A stretch of DNA of 58,624 nucleotides, the filler included, from Sphacelaria rigidula (lineage: Eukaryota), in NCBI GenBank assembly GCA_964200075.2. It is 9 parts of 9 records of this genome, joined end to end, with 100 filler letters (N's around TTAATTAATTAA, not from the genome) between each part and the next. Parts side by side here need not be neighbours in the genome. Positions count along the whole stretch, not along the records: positions 19,577 to 26,001 come from CAXNAA020020148.1; positions 26,102 to 32,526 come from CAXNAA020020149.1; positions 32,627 to 39,051 come from CAXNAA020020150.1; 6 more parts are not named here. One strand, written 5' to 3'. This document shows positions 24,234 to 35,900 of the stretch, piece after piece. Each line of letters begins with the position of its first letter. Position 1 is the stretch's first letter. Position numbers and translations under genes: made by a program. Below the pieces are notes generated by a model. That model ran no database searches and had not been told where the DNA came from. It saw only the letters and a list, made by a program, of their open reading frames with translations.

Positions 24234-24980
24234 GGCGGTATTTTGACGAAACAAGGAAAGTGATAATCACTTCGTGATATATAGTGGTGGTGACGTGACG
24301 GTTCACAAATTAATTTTCACGAGAAATCACACGCTGTTCCAATGTAGGGGGAAAGACGAGTGATGTGATGACGGTAACAGCACACGACTTGACCAGCGAC
24401 TTCAGGCAGGGCGGCAATCACGTGCAAGGGTGTATGGGCATTGTCGCCGCTCGAAATGCGGACGGCCTCCCGCTCGAGAAGGAGAAAAAGCAAAAGCAAC
24501 AGCAGCTTTACCACCAGTGGATATATACGGCTGTGGGTGGGTTTGAATCAGCCTGTGCCGATACTGCTGCTGTTGCTGTTGTTGCTGCTCTTCCTCGGGC
24601 GAGAGAATGTCCGCGTTTTGATGGTGAGACAACGCCCACGCACCTTGCGCGCGATAGCCGCCGTGCTGGAAAGCGCTAATCCGTACTACGCGCCGATGGG
24701 TCCATGCTTCCTCACTCGGCTACGTTTTTGGAGAAATAGCAGTGCGAATCTCTCTGTGGGAGCTGTGCAAGTCGAGTATGTCCCACATGCGTTGTTATTG
24801 CCGGTAATGTGAATAGAGCAGCGTCCACTACAGGAAAAACAAGTGGTACGTACTGAAATGCAGTAGGGGTGACAACCACGATTGATTCGAAGTGGGGAGG
24901 CAATAACGCGCCGGGTGGTGGACATTGTCAGGGGTCGAAACACTAACTGCGTCTATCACACGAAAAAGAGAAAAAGCATG

Positions 24981-25026
<46 letters not shown>

Positions 25027-25420
25027 GCAGCAGCACCTTTACTGCCAGTAGATGTGTACGGCTGGGGGTGGGTCTAAATCAGCCGGTGTCAATATTGCTG
25101 CTGCTGCTGCTGCGGTTGCTGCTCTTCCTCGTGCGAGAGACGGTCCGCGTTTCGATCGTGCGACAACGCCCACTCACCTTGCACGTAATAGCCATCGTGC
25201 TGGAAAGCGCAAGTCCATACTACCCGCCGATGGGCCCATGCTTGCTCACTCGGCGAAGTGCTGGGAGATATAGCTGTGCCCATCTCTCTGTGGGAGCTGT
25301 GCATTTCGAGTGTGTCTCGCACGCGTGGCTACTGCTGGTCAAGAGATCAAAGCCAGCGTGGCTACTACTGGCGATGGAAGCCAGCTGTGCGCCCATGAAT
25401 AGCCATGTGACTTGTATAGC
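24234..25420 (+). repeat. Dispersed repeat containing two CAG/CTG-armed stem-loop modules (copy 2)
   Basis: Colinear with 7201-8420 on a different contig. Confidence 0.8.
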
Positions 25421-26234
25421 TTCGTGTCAACAGCATCGCATTTTCAACTTCGACAAGACAGCACTCCCTGCCAACTGCAGTTGTTCGGAATGCACTAGCA
25501 GTACAGCAGCTCAGGTGATCCAGCAGAGACCAGACAGGTTTGACAAGGTTGATATACACGATTGTGCAGTGACAGGTGCAGCACATGAGAGAGCCGTCTG
25601 CGTGCGCTGCTGTAAAACAAAACGTGACATGTCTCATCGTACTTCTTGTGCCAACTTTTGAACAGGTGCTCAAGCGTTCAGAATCGCTCCCCAATTCTGA
25701 ACGCTTGGCCAAAATTTTGCATTTTTTTGGGTCCGTTCAGAACTTTGGAGGTCAAAATCTTGACGATTTTGTTCCATAATGGTCGCTTTCGTGACCACCT
25801 GTTCAAATTAAAAAATAAATAAAACCCAAACGGCTCCCATTAGAGTCAGTCTTAGCACTTTTCTTTTCGCTCGAAAAAATGAGGCGGTGGAATCGATCCG
25901 AGCGAAAAATTCTCGTTTTGATGCAGTTGGGCCCGGATGGATTTTCAAGCTTTCGATCGAAAAAAGACAGTGAAATTCGTGAAACGGTACATGGTCTGTA
26001 CNNNNNNNNNNNNNNNNNNNNNNNNNNNNNNNNNNNNNNNNNNNNTTAATTAATTAANNNNNNNNNNNNNNNNNNNNNNNNNNNNNNNNNNNNNNNNNNN
26101 NGGCAGACAAAACAGGGAGAGCAAGGAGAGAGGGGGGGGGAAAAATAGCGGATCGGGGGGGGGGGACGGTTTGTTTAACATTCGAACAGACGAACCGTAC
26201 AAAAGACGTCAATTGAAGGTGCAGCAACTATTAC

Positions 26235-26635
26235 TAGAGCTCGGAAATGGTACCAGTTATAACTGGCCATCATCATTATAATGGTAATAATGGTAATGGT
26301 TATATGAAAAAATTGGATAATGGTTTCAAACCATTATTCACCATTACCGGCCTTCTTCAAGCCGTTACCGGCTACGTATGCTACATACAGCCCTCGAAAA
26401 TTAGCGCAAATTTGAAACTTTTTAGCTATAGTGAAGCTAAATCGCGTAAAAACGTGCCTCCAGCACGGCGCCTGCAGAGGGGCCCTCGGGCGGGGCCCCC
26501 TCTGCCGGGGGGGGGGCTTTTTGGCTCGCGGCTGCTCGATGATCAAACCATGATGTACCATTTTACTGGTTAATGAGTGCGCTACGCGTACCCATTCAAC
26601 TGGTTAATGGTTAGACAAACCATTTCCGAGCTCCA
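26235..26635. mobile_element. hAT-type MITE, 401 bp
   Basis: TIR TAGAGCTCGGAAATGGT / ACCATTTCCGAGCTCCA; perfect 8-bp TSD ACTATTAC; relative at 54343-54705. Confidence 0.9.
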
Positions 26636-27689
26636 ACTATTACGCATGCCAATAAAAAATGGCATCATTCAAAAAACATGCACAGACAGAAAAAAAAAAG
26701 TACCCCACACGAACAGCAAAAAAATGAGGGCGAAAAACAAAAACAAAAACAAATTCAAGGGCACAGGAACATCATTCATGCAACAAAAAGTCACCATCAC
26801 CATGAAAGCGCAACAAAAGGAAAGCATTCAACACAAAAACACCGACGATGAAAAAAAAAAAAAAAGAGGCGGGAAAGAGGTTCTTCGTCCAGTGTTTACC
26901 TTACTTTGCCGCGGGTCTGAATAAAAGGAAAACATGGCATGAAGGAGAAAATAAGAAAACAAGCATGTTATCGCGAGCGCTTGAAGCTCGGCGGAAGACA
27001 ATGTTCATCTAAGAGTCGGGCACCGTGGGGTGCTATACGGAGTGTAGCACCCAGGGGGATGAAAACCCAACCCCGGTTTTTCTCCATGATCATAATCCCC
27101 AAACAATTGCTTCAGATTCCGCACAACAAAACATAACGGAGGCCCCCTCGCCACTGCCTTAGATACCGTACACCGAGACATCCTGACGAGATACTTTCGA
27201 CTTGACAAATCTCAGGTGTTGCTTTAGGGTGCGGATTTTTGCATACCAAGGGTCTTCACCCGGTACTAACCGTACCTGACACTTTTGCGAGTTCTGTAAT
27301 ATTCCCATACCAGTACCCGGAACTTCTGCACGGTCTGTATAAAATGTTTACCATTAACCGGGATACGTACGGGTACACACACCCTTGTCGAAATACTCGG
27401 TTGCGGGTAAGGGTTTTTGTACAACCTCCATACTGTACCCGACAGGTTCTGACACGTTCTGTGGGACTTGCACATCGGTATCTGGTAGTTCCGCAATTTC
27501 TGTAAGAGATCTCGCACCCTACCGAACACAACCTTGAAGAAATCGATATTGAGCAACCTATCGGGCACGGGTGCTATACCCTGTATAGCACCTAGGATCA
27601 TTTCGAGGACTAGATGGGCCACAACATCGTATAGAAATCTGAGTAACTGGCATGTTCGCCGGAAGAGTCCGAATACTCTGAGGGTCGCG

Positions 27690-27930
27690 TGATTCATCGC
27701 TGGTTCGAATCACGAAATCTACGATTTTCTGAGGCCTGATTGATCGAAATAGATGATCAAGTTGGTCGCGGGACAAACCCTTCTCCACGCCATTTTTGCG
27801 ATATTCCACGTGCCCGGGGTGAGCGTATCTGGGATATTGCAGGGCTGAAAACAAAGCCCGAGGTTTGATTCGTGTGGTACGAATCAACTACATCAAAAGC
27901 GAGTGATTTTCAGGCGAATCATCATTCATT
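27690..27930 (+). repeat. Dispersed repeat shared with ~38230-38460
   Basis: ACGATTT..GGCCTGAT, ATTCCACGTG, GCTGAAAA.AAAGCC and CGAATCAA blocks in the same order. Confidence 0.55.
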
Positions 27931-28254
27931 CGTCCAACCCATGGACTAACTGTTTTGGCGCCTTGGCGGCCAAAATTCGTCCGCTCTCTCCCCGAATATT
28001 GAGACCTGCGCGACAAATACTGGGGGAACTGAACGCACGTGTAATTTCGGTTGCAATGGTAGCTCACCCTTGAAAGTGTCGACGAAGCCGTGAAAGTCCC
28101 CCGCCGGGAGGTCTGCCCTTAGCTCCTTGAGGTCCCCACCTGATATTATCATTGACAGACTTCAAGTGCGTTTTTTGTTGCGTTCATCACTTCAGCTGGA
28201 TCATCCGGCGCTCTTCGACAGCAGGAAATACAGAGGAACGTCTGCTTGACGTAA

Positions 28255-28547
28255 CAACGATGGCCGTCATTTTTCGGAAATCAACATGGCTATTTCTATA
28301 AACTCAACGGTTTATTTTACAACCAACACCGTCATTTTTATGATAGGCTTCTACTCATCATGCTAGCACGATTTTTGAAGAATTCGTTCATGTTGAAAAC
28401 AAGGATGGGTCGCTATTTTGTAAAACTGTGCTAGCATAAAAAGTAGAAGCCTAGTCATTTATAAAAAACCAACAGCCGCTGTTTTTGCTAACCCCACGCG
28501 GAATACTGCTTTCACACTGTTCCGATAAAACGACAGCTCGACGGTTG
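28255..28547. mobile_element. Old palindromic MITE-like element
   Basis: TAGGCTTCTACT..ATGCTAGCAC vs GTGCTAGCAT..AGTAGAAGCCTA, with weaker outer arms. Confidence 0.6.
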
Positions 28548-29679
28548 GAATGTTGCTTCAATTCAAGGAACCATCTCACGAAGAAGCAGCGCAGTGTACA
28601 GAAGGCACTTGCCTCCCAACAGCTCCCCTTTACGGCATATCAACGAGAGAAAACTTAAAGCACCCGCAGGTCGTTCTGTTCGATTTTTTTCTTTTTTCTG
28701 TTCCTTCTCTTCTTCAGCGAGTGTTTCAGTTTTGTGTTTTTGTTGGGTACGTCCATCATGCGACCACGGCTGGACCCCTGGGGGGCCAGTTAACGTACGA
28801 CATTCAATCAACCAAACCAATCAGTCATACCACGGAGGCCAGATTTTTTCCGATGCAAGCGGGTACACGGGTAGCTAGCGTCATTCCCTCATGCATCACA
28901 CGGTGGTCATAACTCGCCTCACCCTCCTGCGGGGCGATGGCTTTCATATTCGTGGGCTTCTTCAAAAAACAATTCCCCTGATTTTGCTTGTATTCTGTAC
29001 TTTCGAGCCACGGCCTTCCCTGCGACCACGGGCGACAGATTTCTGCAACGGCGCTAACGTCGGGAATAACAACATCACGTTACTGACAGCAATAGCTATC
29101 TCAATAGCAGCAGCAGCGGTAAACTCAGCACACCGTTTCCCTGGGTAAGCGAAACGAGTTCGATTTCCTGAAATTTCAAGCAGCGCAAGCAAAAAAGATA
29201 TATATTTTGTCCCTTCTTCGGCCCATCCCTTGTGATTGGCCATTCTTTTCCACGTTTTTGATGAATCACGAACACTCTGGTTCGTCGATGTTTTGCGGGT
29301 CCGTTCAATTCCTTCGATACTTTTCTAGCCAGGCCAAATAGAACACAACACACGAAGACACACAATACCACATGCACGGGTCGAATTCGGCATTCAAGAG
29401 GTTACGCACCCCATCCTCCTCCCCAGTCATCCTCGTAGTAGTGGCCATAGTGCATATCCTCCAAAGAGTGTTTTCGCTCTGGTTCCACCACCCAAAACGC
29501 CTGCACATTTCACACACACGCAAACACACCGTTGGTACATGGAGTTCCCGTATTCATGTTGCGTTTCGGCACAATCGGCCAGCTCTATGTTACGGTTCGG
29601 TGTAATCGGCAGAAAACTGCGGTGCCTTGGCGCGGAGGGTCGGGCCAGACCGGCGGATTTTCCATCGAGTCGAACTTAA

Positions 29680-29939
29680 GACAGATGCCGCGATAGCCTC
29701 CCTCCAGAAAAGTAGCTAGTTTGAGGAGGACAAAACCTACGTACAAATCAAATTGACAAAAGCCCAGCACATCGAGCAGCCGGGAACTCCCATGCATGGA
29801 ATCTTTTTCGTCAATGTCGCCCATAAGAGGCGCTTCGGGCCTGTCTGAAACCAGATATCATGCGCTGCATGACCATTTTCTCGATGACACTTATGGGACT
29901 GGTTTGGGGAGTGGGGGGGCAGCTATCGCGGCATCACTC
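29680..29939. mobile_element. Diverged member of the ~250-bp 4-bp-TSD MITE clan
   Basis: TIRs GACAGATGCCGCGATAGC / GCTATCGCGGCATCACTC; interior similar to 39668-39917 (AATGTCGCC..GAGGCGCTTC); flanks TTAA / TCAA. Confidence 0.75.
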
Positions 29940-30016
29940 TCAATACATGGGCCTTAACTCCACATGAGAGTTTTCAAGGGTGTTTGGGGTGAAGTATTTC
30001 CTACATTAGAGTATTG

Positions 30017-30194
30017 CAAGGGAAGGTCGAGTAGAGTATACTCAATACTCGGTATTTTCGAAGAGTCATACTTTCAGTACTCAAAATTTGAGTAGACTAT
30101 TTGAGGCCGTACTCAACCTACTCAAAATTTGAGTAAATACTTGAGTATTTTACTCGAGTACTAAAAAGTGCATCCTCTACTCGACCTGCTCTTG
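30017..30194. mobile_element. hAT-type MITE rich in GAGTA/TACTC
   Basis: TIR CAAGGGAAGGTCGAGTAGAG / CTCTACTCGACCTGCTCTTG; perfect 8-bp TSD GAGTATTG; relative at 57066-57262. Confidence 0.88.
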
Positions 30195-31055
30195 GAGTAT
30201 TGAAAAAAATCGTCCTTTGAGCACCCAAAACTCTGGGTGCTGTAGAGCATTGAGATCTTACTCTTACAACAATGCCCAGACACCGGGTGGAGTAATGCGA
30301 CCGTACCTAACTTTACCCAATGTTAAGGTAGAGTTTGGAGATCGGACCATCGCAGCACCACGTTCGGGAGGCTGAATACTCGAGTATTTACCCCACCCGA
30401 CAAAGCCTTGAAAGTTGTCAGCCATGACACACATCACACACGTGTTGATGTTTTTTTTGGGGGGGGGAATTGCGCGTTCCGAATGAACGTAAAAAAAGAA
30501 AAATAGAGTCTTTCACAAGGGTTATCTTACCAGCTCTTCCACAGAAAAGAGTAGCGGCACCTCTGTATAAGTATTCTATTGCAAGAATCAAATTGTAGAC
30601 AGACAAAAGGGTGGCTCTTCATCGCGGTACGTCTATGTCACACAGAGTATCACTTTGAAGGGAAAAGACTCATCACAACATGTATTACAAACACCTTGTG
30701 TTCCTCCTGAACTCTCCCTAATAAAAAAATCGTTTGTTTGACGGTTCAAGCACAATAGTATGTCATTTTTTAGGCCATGTACGTAATAATAGTGACTATG
30801 AGCCGAAAAATTGGAACAGCTATCGCTTGGTTTTCTGAATCTTCGAGTGCCCGCAGGTGGAGCACCTTGAGTTTGACAGTCATGCATTTTCAAGTGTGAA
30901 CATGCATGATGCCGAAAGAACGAGCCTACCCACCTGGTGGGTCAAAAGGGGGTATGAAGAGCATGATATATTGGATGATAACAATGCACAAGACGAATAC
31001 CGCGGGAGAGATGGGTTGAACACTTGAGGCTACTCATTCGCTCCGAATAGGGGGG

Positions 31056-31175
31056 GATATCATGATCTTGCATACCGTAGTCACAGAACCATTAACCCCG
31101 CATTCCTACAAAGCCGGGACGGAGCAAGCTGGATTTTCGCCGGACCAGGCTCGCAATCACCAAGCGCGAAGCGCT
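31056..31175 (+). repeat. G-tract-anchored short repeat, subfamily B, with 3' extension ending in AGCGCGAAGCGCT
   Basis: TCATGATC.TGCAT.CC..CCATT.ACC.CGCAT.CCTACAAAGCCGGGACGGAGCA; other copies at 32467, 34466, 37868(-), 52584 and 58589. Confidence 0.8.
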
Positions 31176-31883
31176 GTGATGTGTTCGGCGAGTCGCACGA
31201 AGGGTGAGAAAATAGGAGGGGTGGGGCAAAAGAGTACGGCAAAAGAGAGTACGAAGCAAGAGCGTCAGAAACCAGAGGTCTAGAAGGCATTTATCGCGGT
31301 CCTGACATCCGGACGTCAAATACCCAACGAGCTGGTCTGTCCGCAGCCCTGGAACTGTCAATATCTTGCATACATGCTTACCTCGAAAGACGAGGGCTGA
31401 AGCGGATCAACCACAGGATACAATGTATCGCTAGTGCAAGTGTTGTATGCGAAAAGATCCACGGTGTCGCAGCACAAAAGATGCCAATCGTACTGCAAGA
31501 TTCTTTGCATAGGGTGCTCGTTGGTCATTTTCCATTTTGTTTTGGCGACCGAATTGCACTTTGGTTGATTTGTGAGGTTTTCTAATGTTTGTTTTCAAAG
31601 TGATGAAAATGACTCGAAGCTGATGTCTTCACATTAAAAACGAGAGAGCAATCAAGGGAAAGCACATACAGCGGTAGGCCACCATGTACTCACCATCCCG
31701 TCTCCGAAGAAGCGGTCGCCCTTGCCAGATATTCGAAACTCCAGGACAGAGCTGAATACGGTGTTGCCTATCGCGTCGACAGACCATAGCCCGCCCGTTT
31801 GGCTCTTGGCGAAGATGAGAAGGAAAAATGAAGAAAGGCGAGAAAAGAAATCAACAAAAAGGCGCGCGCGGGGGGGAGGGGGC

Positions 31884-31960
31884 CTACTTGATTATTGTTT
31901 GCCTTAGTCATTTGACCATTGACCGTGCATTCCTTTCGAAACAGAGCACCGTTCCTACTC
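31884..31960 (+). repeat. G-tract-anchored short repeat, subfamily A (diverged; extension CCGTTCCTACTC shared with the 52898 copy)
   Basis: Consensus match after a G tract. Confidence 0.8.
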
Positions 31961-32214
31961 CTAACAGAGACACCTCCAACATTGAGGCGCCCATGATGTT
32001 TTTCCATGCATTGCTCAAGAGTCTTTTACACATCGTATACCTTTCCTGTTCCGCCGTGGCCACCGTCGGGGGAGGGGGGGGGAGGGGGGGGCGTAGTCTG
32101 TTTGTTGATCTTCCTCGTTGTAATTTGTTACTGACAGTAATATATACCTTCGAACAGCTACACAGATTGTTTCAAGTACCTGGTTGGTGACAGTCGTGCA
32201 AGAGTTTAAGGGTG

Positions 32215-32215
<1 letters not shown>

Positions 32216-32273
<58 letters not shown>
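32216..32273. repeat. Poly-G homopolymer (~58 nt)
   Basis: Read directly; length may be a sequencing artefact. Confidence 0.9.
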
Positions 32274-32274
<1 letters not shown>

Positions 32275-32955
32275 TATGGGAAGGTAGGAGTTAAAACAGA
32301 CAGGAGACGACGGTAACAGTATCTATACCAGGGAATGAGCCATCGCGTAGGACTAGGTGGAAACCCATCTTGAAATTAGGTGTTTTCGGTATTGAAAGTT
32401 TTTCAGCCTCAACCAATAAGCCTGAAGCAGCCTTGCAGCCGGGGTTGAGGGGATGTGGGGGGGGGTGTACTCATGATCATGCTTGCCATAAGTAAGAAGA
32501 ACATTGACCTCGCATCCCTACAAAAANNNNNNNNNNNNNNNNNNNNNNNNNNNNNNNNNNNNNNNNNNNNTTAATTAATTAANNNNNNNNNNNNNNNNNN
32601 NNNNNNNNNNNNNNNNNNNNNNNNNNACTCAAAGCGAATGATCAAAGCCACTCTCAATCGTATCATCTACTCTCAATCTCACGAAAACACTGTTTGATGC
32701 CCCCATTCATCTGTGGGGCATCCGTGCCTACGCCCGTACGTCATGTTCCAATTATTCCAGGACTTGTTAGCACCTCGTTTCGGAACAGAACGCTCAGAGA
32801 GGCTACGCAGGGATTAAAAGGAGGGGGTATTCTTGTCACAGACCTACACGGCCCGACATAGTGTTTGGTAGCCTCGAAGAGACTTCTTGCCCGCCGGAGA
32901 CTTTTTTCGCGACACTAAAGAAAGCACTCGGTAGTTGTTTTTCGTGCCTGCCCAC

Positions 32956-35900
32956 CTGGTGCAGCGCGTAGAGGTCCATCATGGTGGAGTTGGCTTCAAT
33001 CGCGATCACCTCTACTCGCGGACGCATGATCTCGTGTATCTTTGTGTCCTGACGAGACAACAAAGAGAAGAAGAAAAAAAAAAGTACAGTATTTTTACCG
33101 CAGCAGGGGGGGGAGGGGAAGAGGGGGGGGGCGAAAATGACCGTTCAGCAAATGTTGTGATCCCGATAAAACAAGTCAATCTCCATGACGTCGTAGTGAA
33201 GAGAATTTTCATTGCTCATTTCTAGCGCCATGCCTCCCGTATACACTGAAATGAGGAATATTCACGCTTATTGGTCGGACATACTTCGTTATCGTGAAGC
33301 CCTGAGGCTAGCCCTAATCCCGACCCAAACCGCAGGCATACCGAGAATCCTCAGACACGGCATGTATATGTAGAAGGTATTCCAGGTGAAGTGCGCGTTG
33401 GCTGACGTGTACGCTGGCGAGCACCTGATACTGACAGGCGGGCCCCAAAAGATTCAACTGTGGTAAGTCTAAACTGAATCCATGGATTCCGGAGACCAAC
33501 TCGTGAGAACTCTGCAGACGGAAACCGTCCGAATGCAAAGCATCCATAATTTTCATCGTCCATTCATGCCCGTACCCCCCCATCGCGATCAAGGAGTTAA
33601 AAGGAGCACGACAACCAAACGGGGGTGTGTGTACCGCTGCGATCACTTCCATCTCCCGCGAAGACAGACGTTTCGACGGATAGCGAGGTGTCCCCCGCAC
33701 GACTCGGTAGTTCAGCCACACGCGGACGATTCCTGACATTCCCTTATATCCAAGCAAATCACAAATGCTCCTGAATTGACACATCTCCAAGCGTCCCCTC
33801 GTCAAGAAAACGTTACGCGAAATGTGGTCAATTTTTTTCCAAGAAAAAAAAAGAAGAATAATTGAATCATCATGCTATTTATCATGGATGCGGTCCTGAA
33901 ATGACGTGTGACCGAGGAAATCTGCGGTTCGAAACAAATTGGACCTAAAAAGCGGAAAACCATACTCGCGGCTCAACAAACCCAAAAAATAATAGGAGAT
34001 CACGTTCCTGCCATTCCTCGGCTTCCTCAGCCTTGTTCCCAACATATTCCGCGTACGACTTTTTACCATGACCAAGTAGCCTGCTAGCTGGCTTGCTCGC
34101 CACGGAAGGTACAATCATTGAGGCAGGTGACCTGTTCGGGCTTGACACGACATGGACGACCCCGAGACTCCTACGTCTAGACTGTGGAAATAGCCCTGGC
34201 GGTAGCACGTATTGCTTGGGGGGGCATCGTCCTGTCATTTGGAGAGACATGAGTAGGGGATACCTGCAAGTCGAGCACTCCTTCGATCATCATGCCCTCC
34301 TCGCTTTCGATGCCTCCGCTTTGCTTGGCCCCTGTCACGATGAGCCTCAGCTCTTCCTCTGACACGCGTCCGGTTTCCGTCGACTTGAAGCCCAACAGCG
34401 ACAGCATCAGCTGAGGCACCAGTGCATTTCGAAAAAAGAAGGGAGGGGGAGGGGGGGGGAGGGGGATACTCATGATTTTGCATGCCACGATTCATGACAT
34501 TTCACCCGCATACCTACAAAGCCGGGACGAAGCACACCGGGTTTTCGCCGGACTAGGGTCGAGGGAGGGGGAAGAACGTCATCAACTATTCCCTTCTTTT
34601 TTCGACGCCGTGTTCGTGGACAACTGGAGCGATGAACGTACCCACCGTTTCCCCAACCCTCACCTTTCGTCAATGACAAGTACGTCAACAACCCTTGATA
34701 CCCAAGAGGACGGGGGGCCCGCGCACGGGTGCACATGATGAGCACGTGAAGAACTCCTGAGGGAGAACAGTTACTGACGTGCTTACTGAGAATAAGGATC
34801 AGGGTTAGGATTGGAAAAGCTCTTCGTCAACGGTGCAGCCGTTCGCCAATGACAAGCACGTCAATAACCCCCGTCACCCAAGAGGGCGGGAGGCCGGCGC
34901 ATTTGTGCCATCATGCATGATGGCACAAATGCGCCGGGCCCGCTTCCTCTTGGGTAACAAAGGTTTATTGGCGTGCTTGTCGTTGACTAGGGACGAGGCA
35001 ACGATGAGCACATCCATCGCTCCAGTTGTGCACCCACACGGCGTCGCGGAAAACGTATCCACGCATACCTCCCCCCCCCCCCGGACCTCGTTTGCCCGTC
35101 TTCCTTCACAAGCGGTTGACGTGCTCGTCGTTGACGAAGATGATATATCTCACACGCTCGCGTTTTGCCTTGTTTGCATGATCTGAGGCTGGACGTCCAG
35201 AGCCCATCTCTTGTTTTGCAAGAGCTAGCCAGGCCGCCTCACCCAAGCAGCAATATGCCGCCTGGCAAATTTTCCCATGCACAATCTTCGCGCAACGTCC
35301 TCTTGACAGCAGTTTTTTCGTCGCCGTCATTTTGATATCCTACCTGGAGGGGAAAATGCCCCTCTGCCCTAACCCTGCGCACGTCGAAACCCGAAGCCAC
35401 GTCGCTGCCCTCATAACCAGACACACTGCTTGAGACAACAAGGAGGATACCATCAACACACTAACACGGGTTCTCTTGCTTCTGACAGCGGCTAACGTTG
35501 TGCGTATCGGTGGACGCGCATGCATGCCGAGCAGAACCTCTTTGCCGAGGTGGAGTGTTCGAGAAATACAACCGCATCTCACTCCGAGGCGGGGCACGCA
35601 CGAGGCGCGTACGAGGCACACACACAGCGTCAACAACTATTTTGCCAGTAAACACGGGACAAGAGAAGGTGGAGAAGTCGAGTGCGCAAAGGTTGTTGGC
35701 GTAGCCTGTCGAGGATTGTTGGGTACAGATCGTCGGTTGCAGGTATGTGAAATTGGGAAAAAATACTTCGCGAAAAGAATGCGGTGGCGGGTTCGGTCGT
35801 TGTGTGTGCGTCAACGACAAATCAGCTGGTGAATGTTGCGATTTTGCGGGGTGTGAATGGCTGCGGTTTGGTACCGGTAGCTTGGACCGCTTGCTGTGAC

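Noticed and set aside
33314..33805. 163-aa ORF inside a CNNM intron
   Set aside because: No recognisable domain, and it does not fit the CNNM peptide, which is continuous without it
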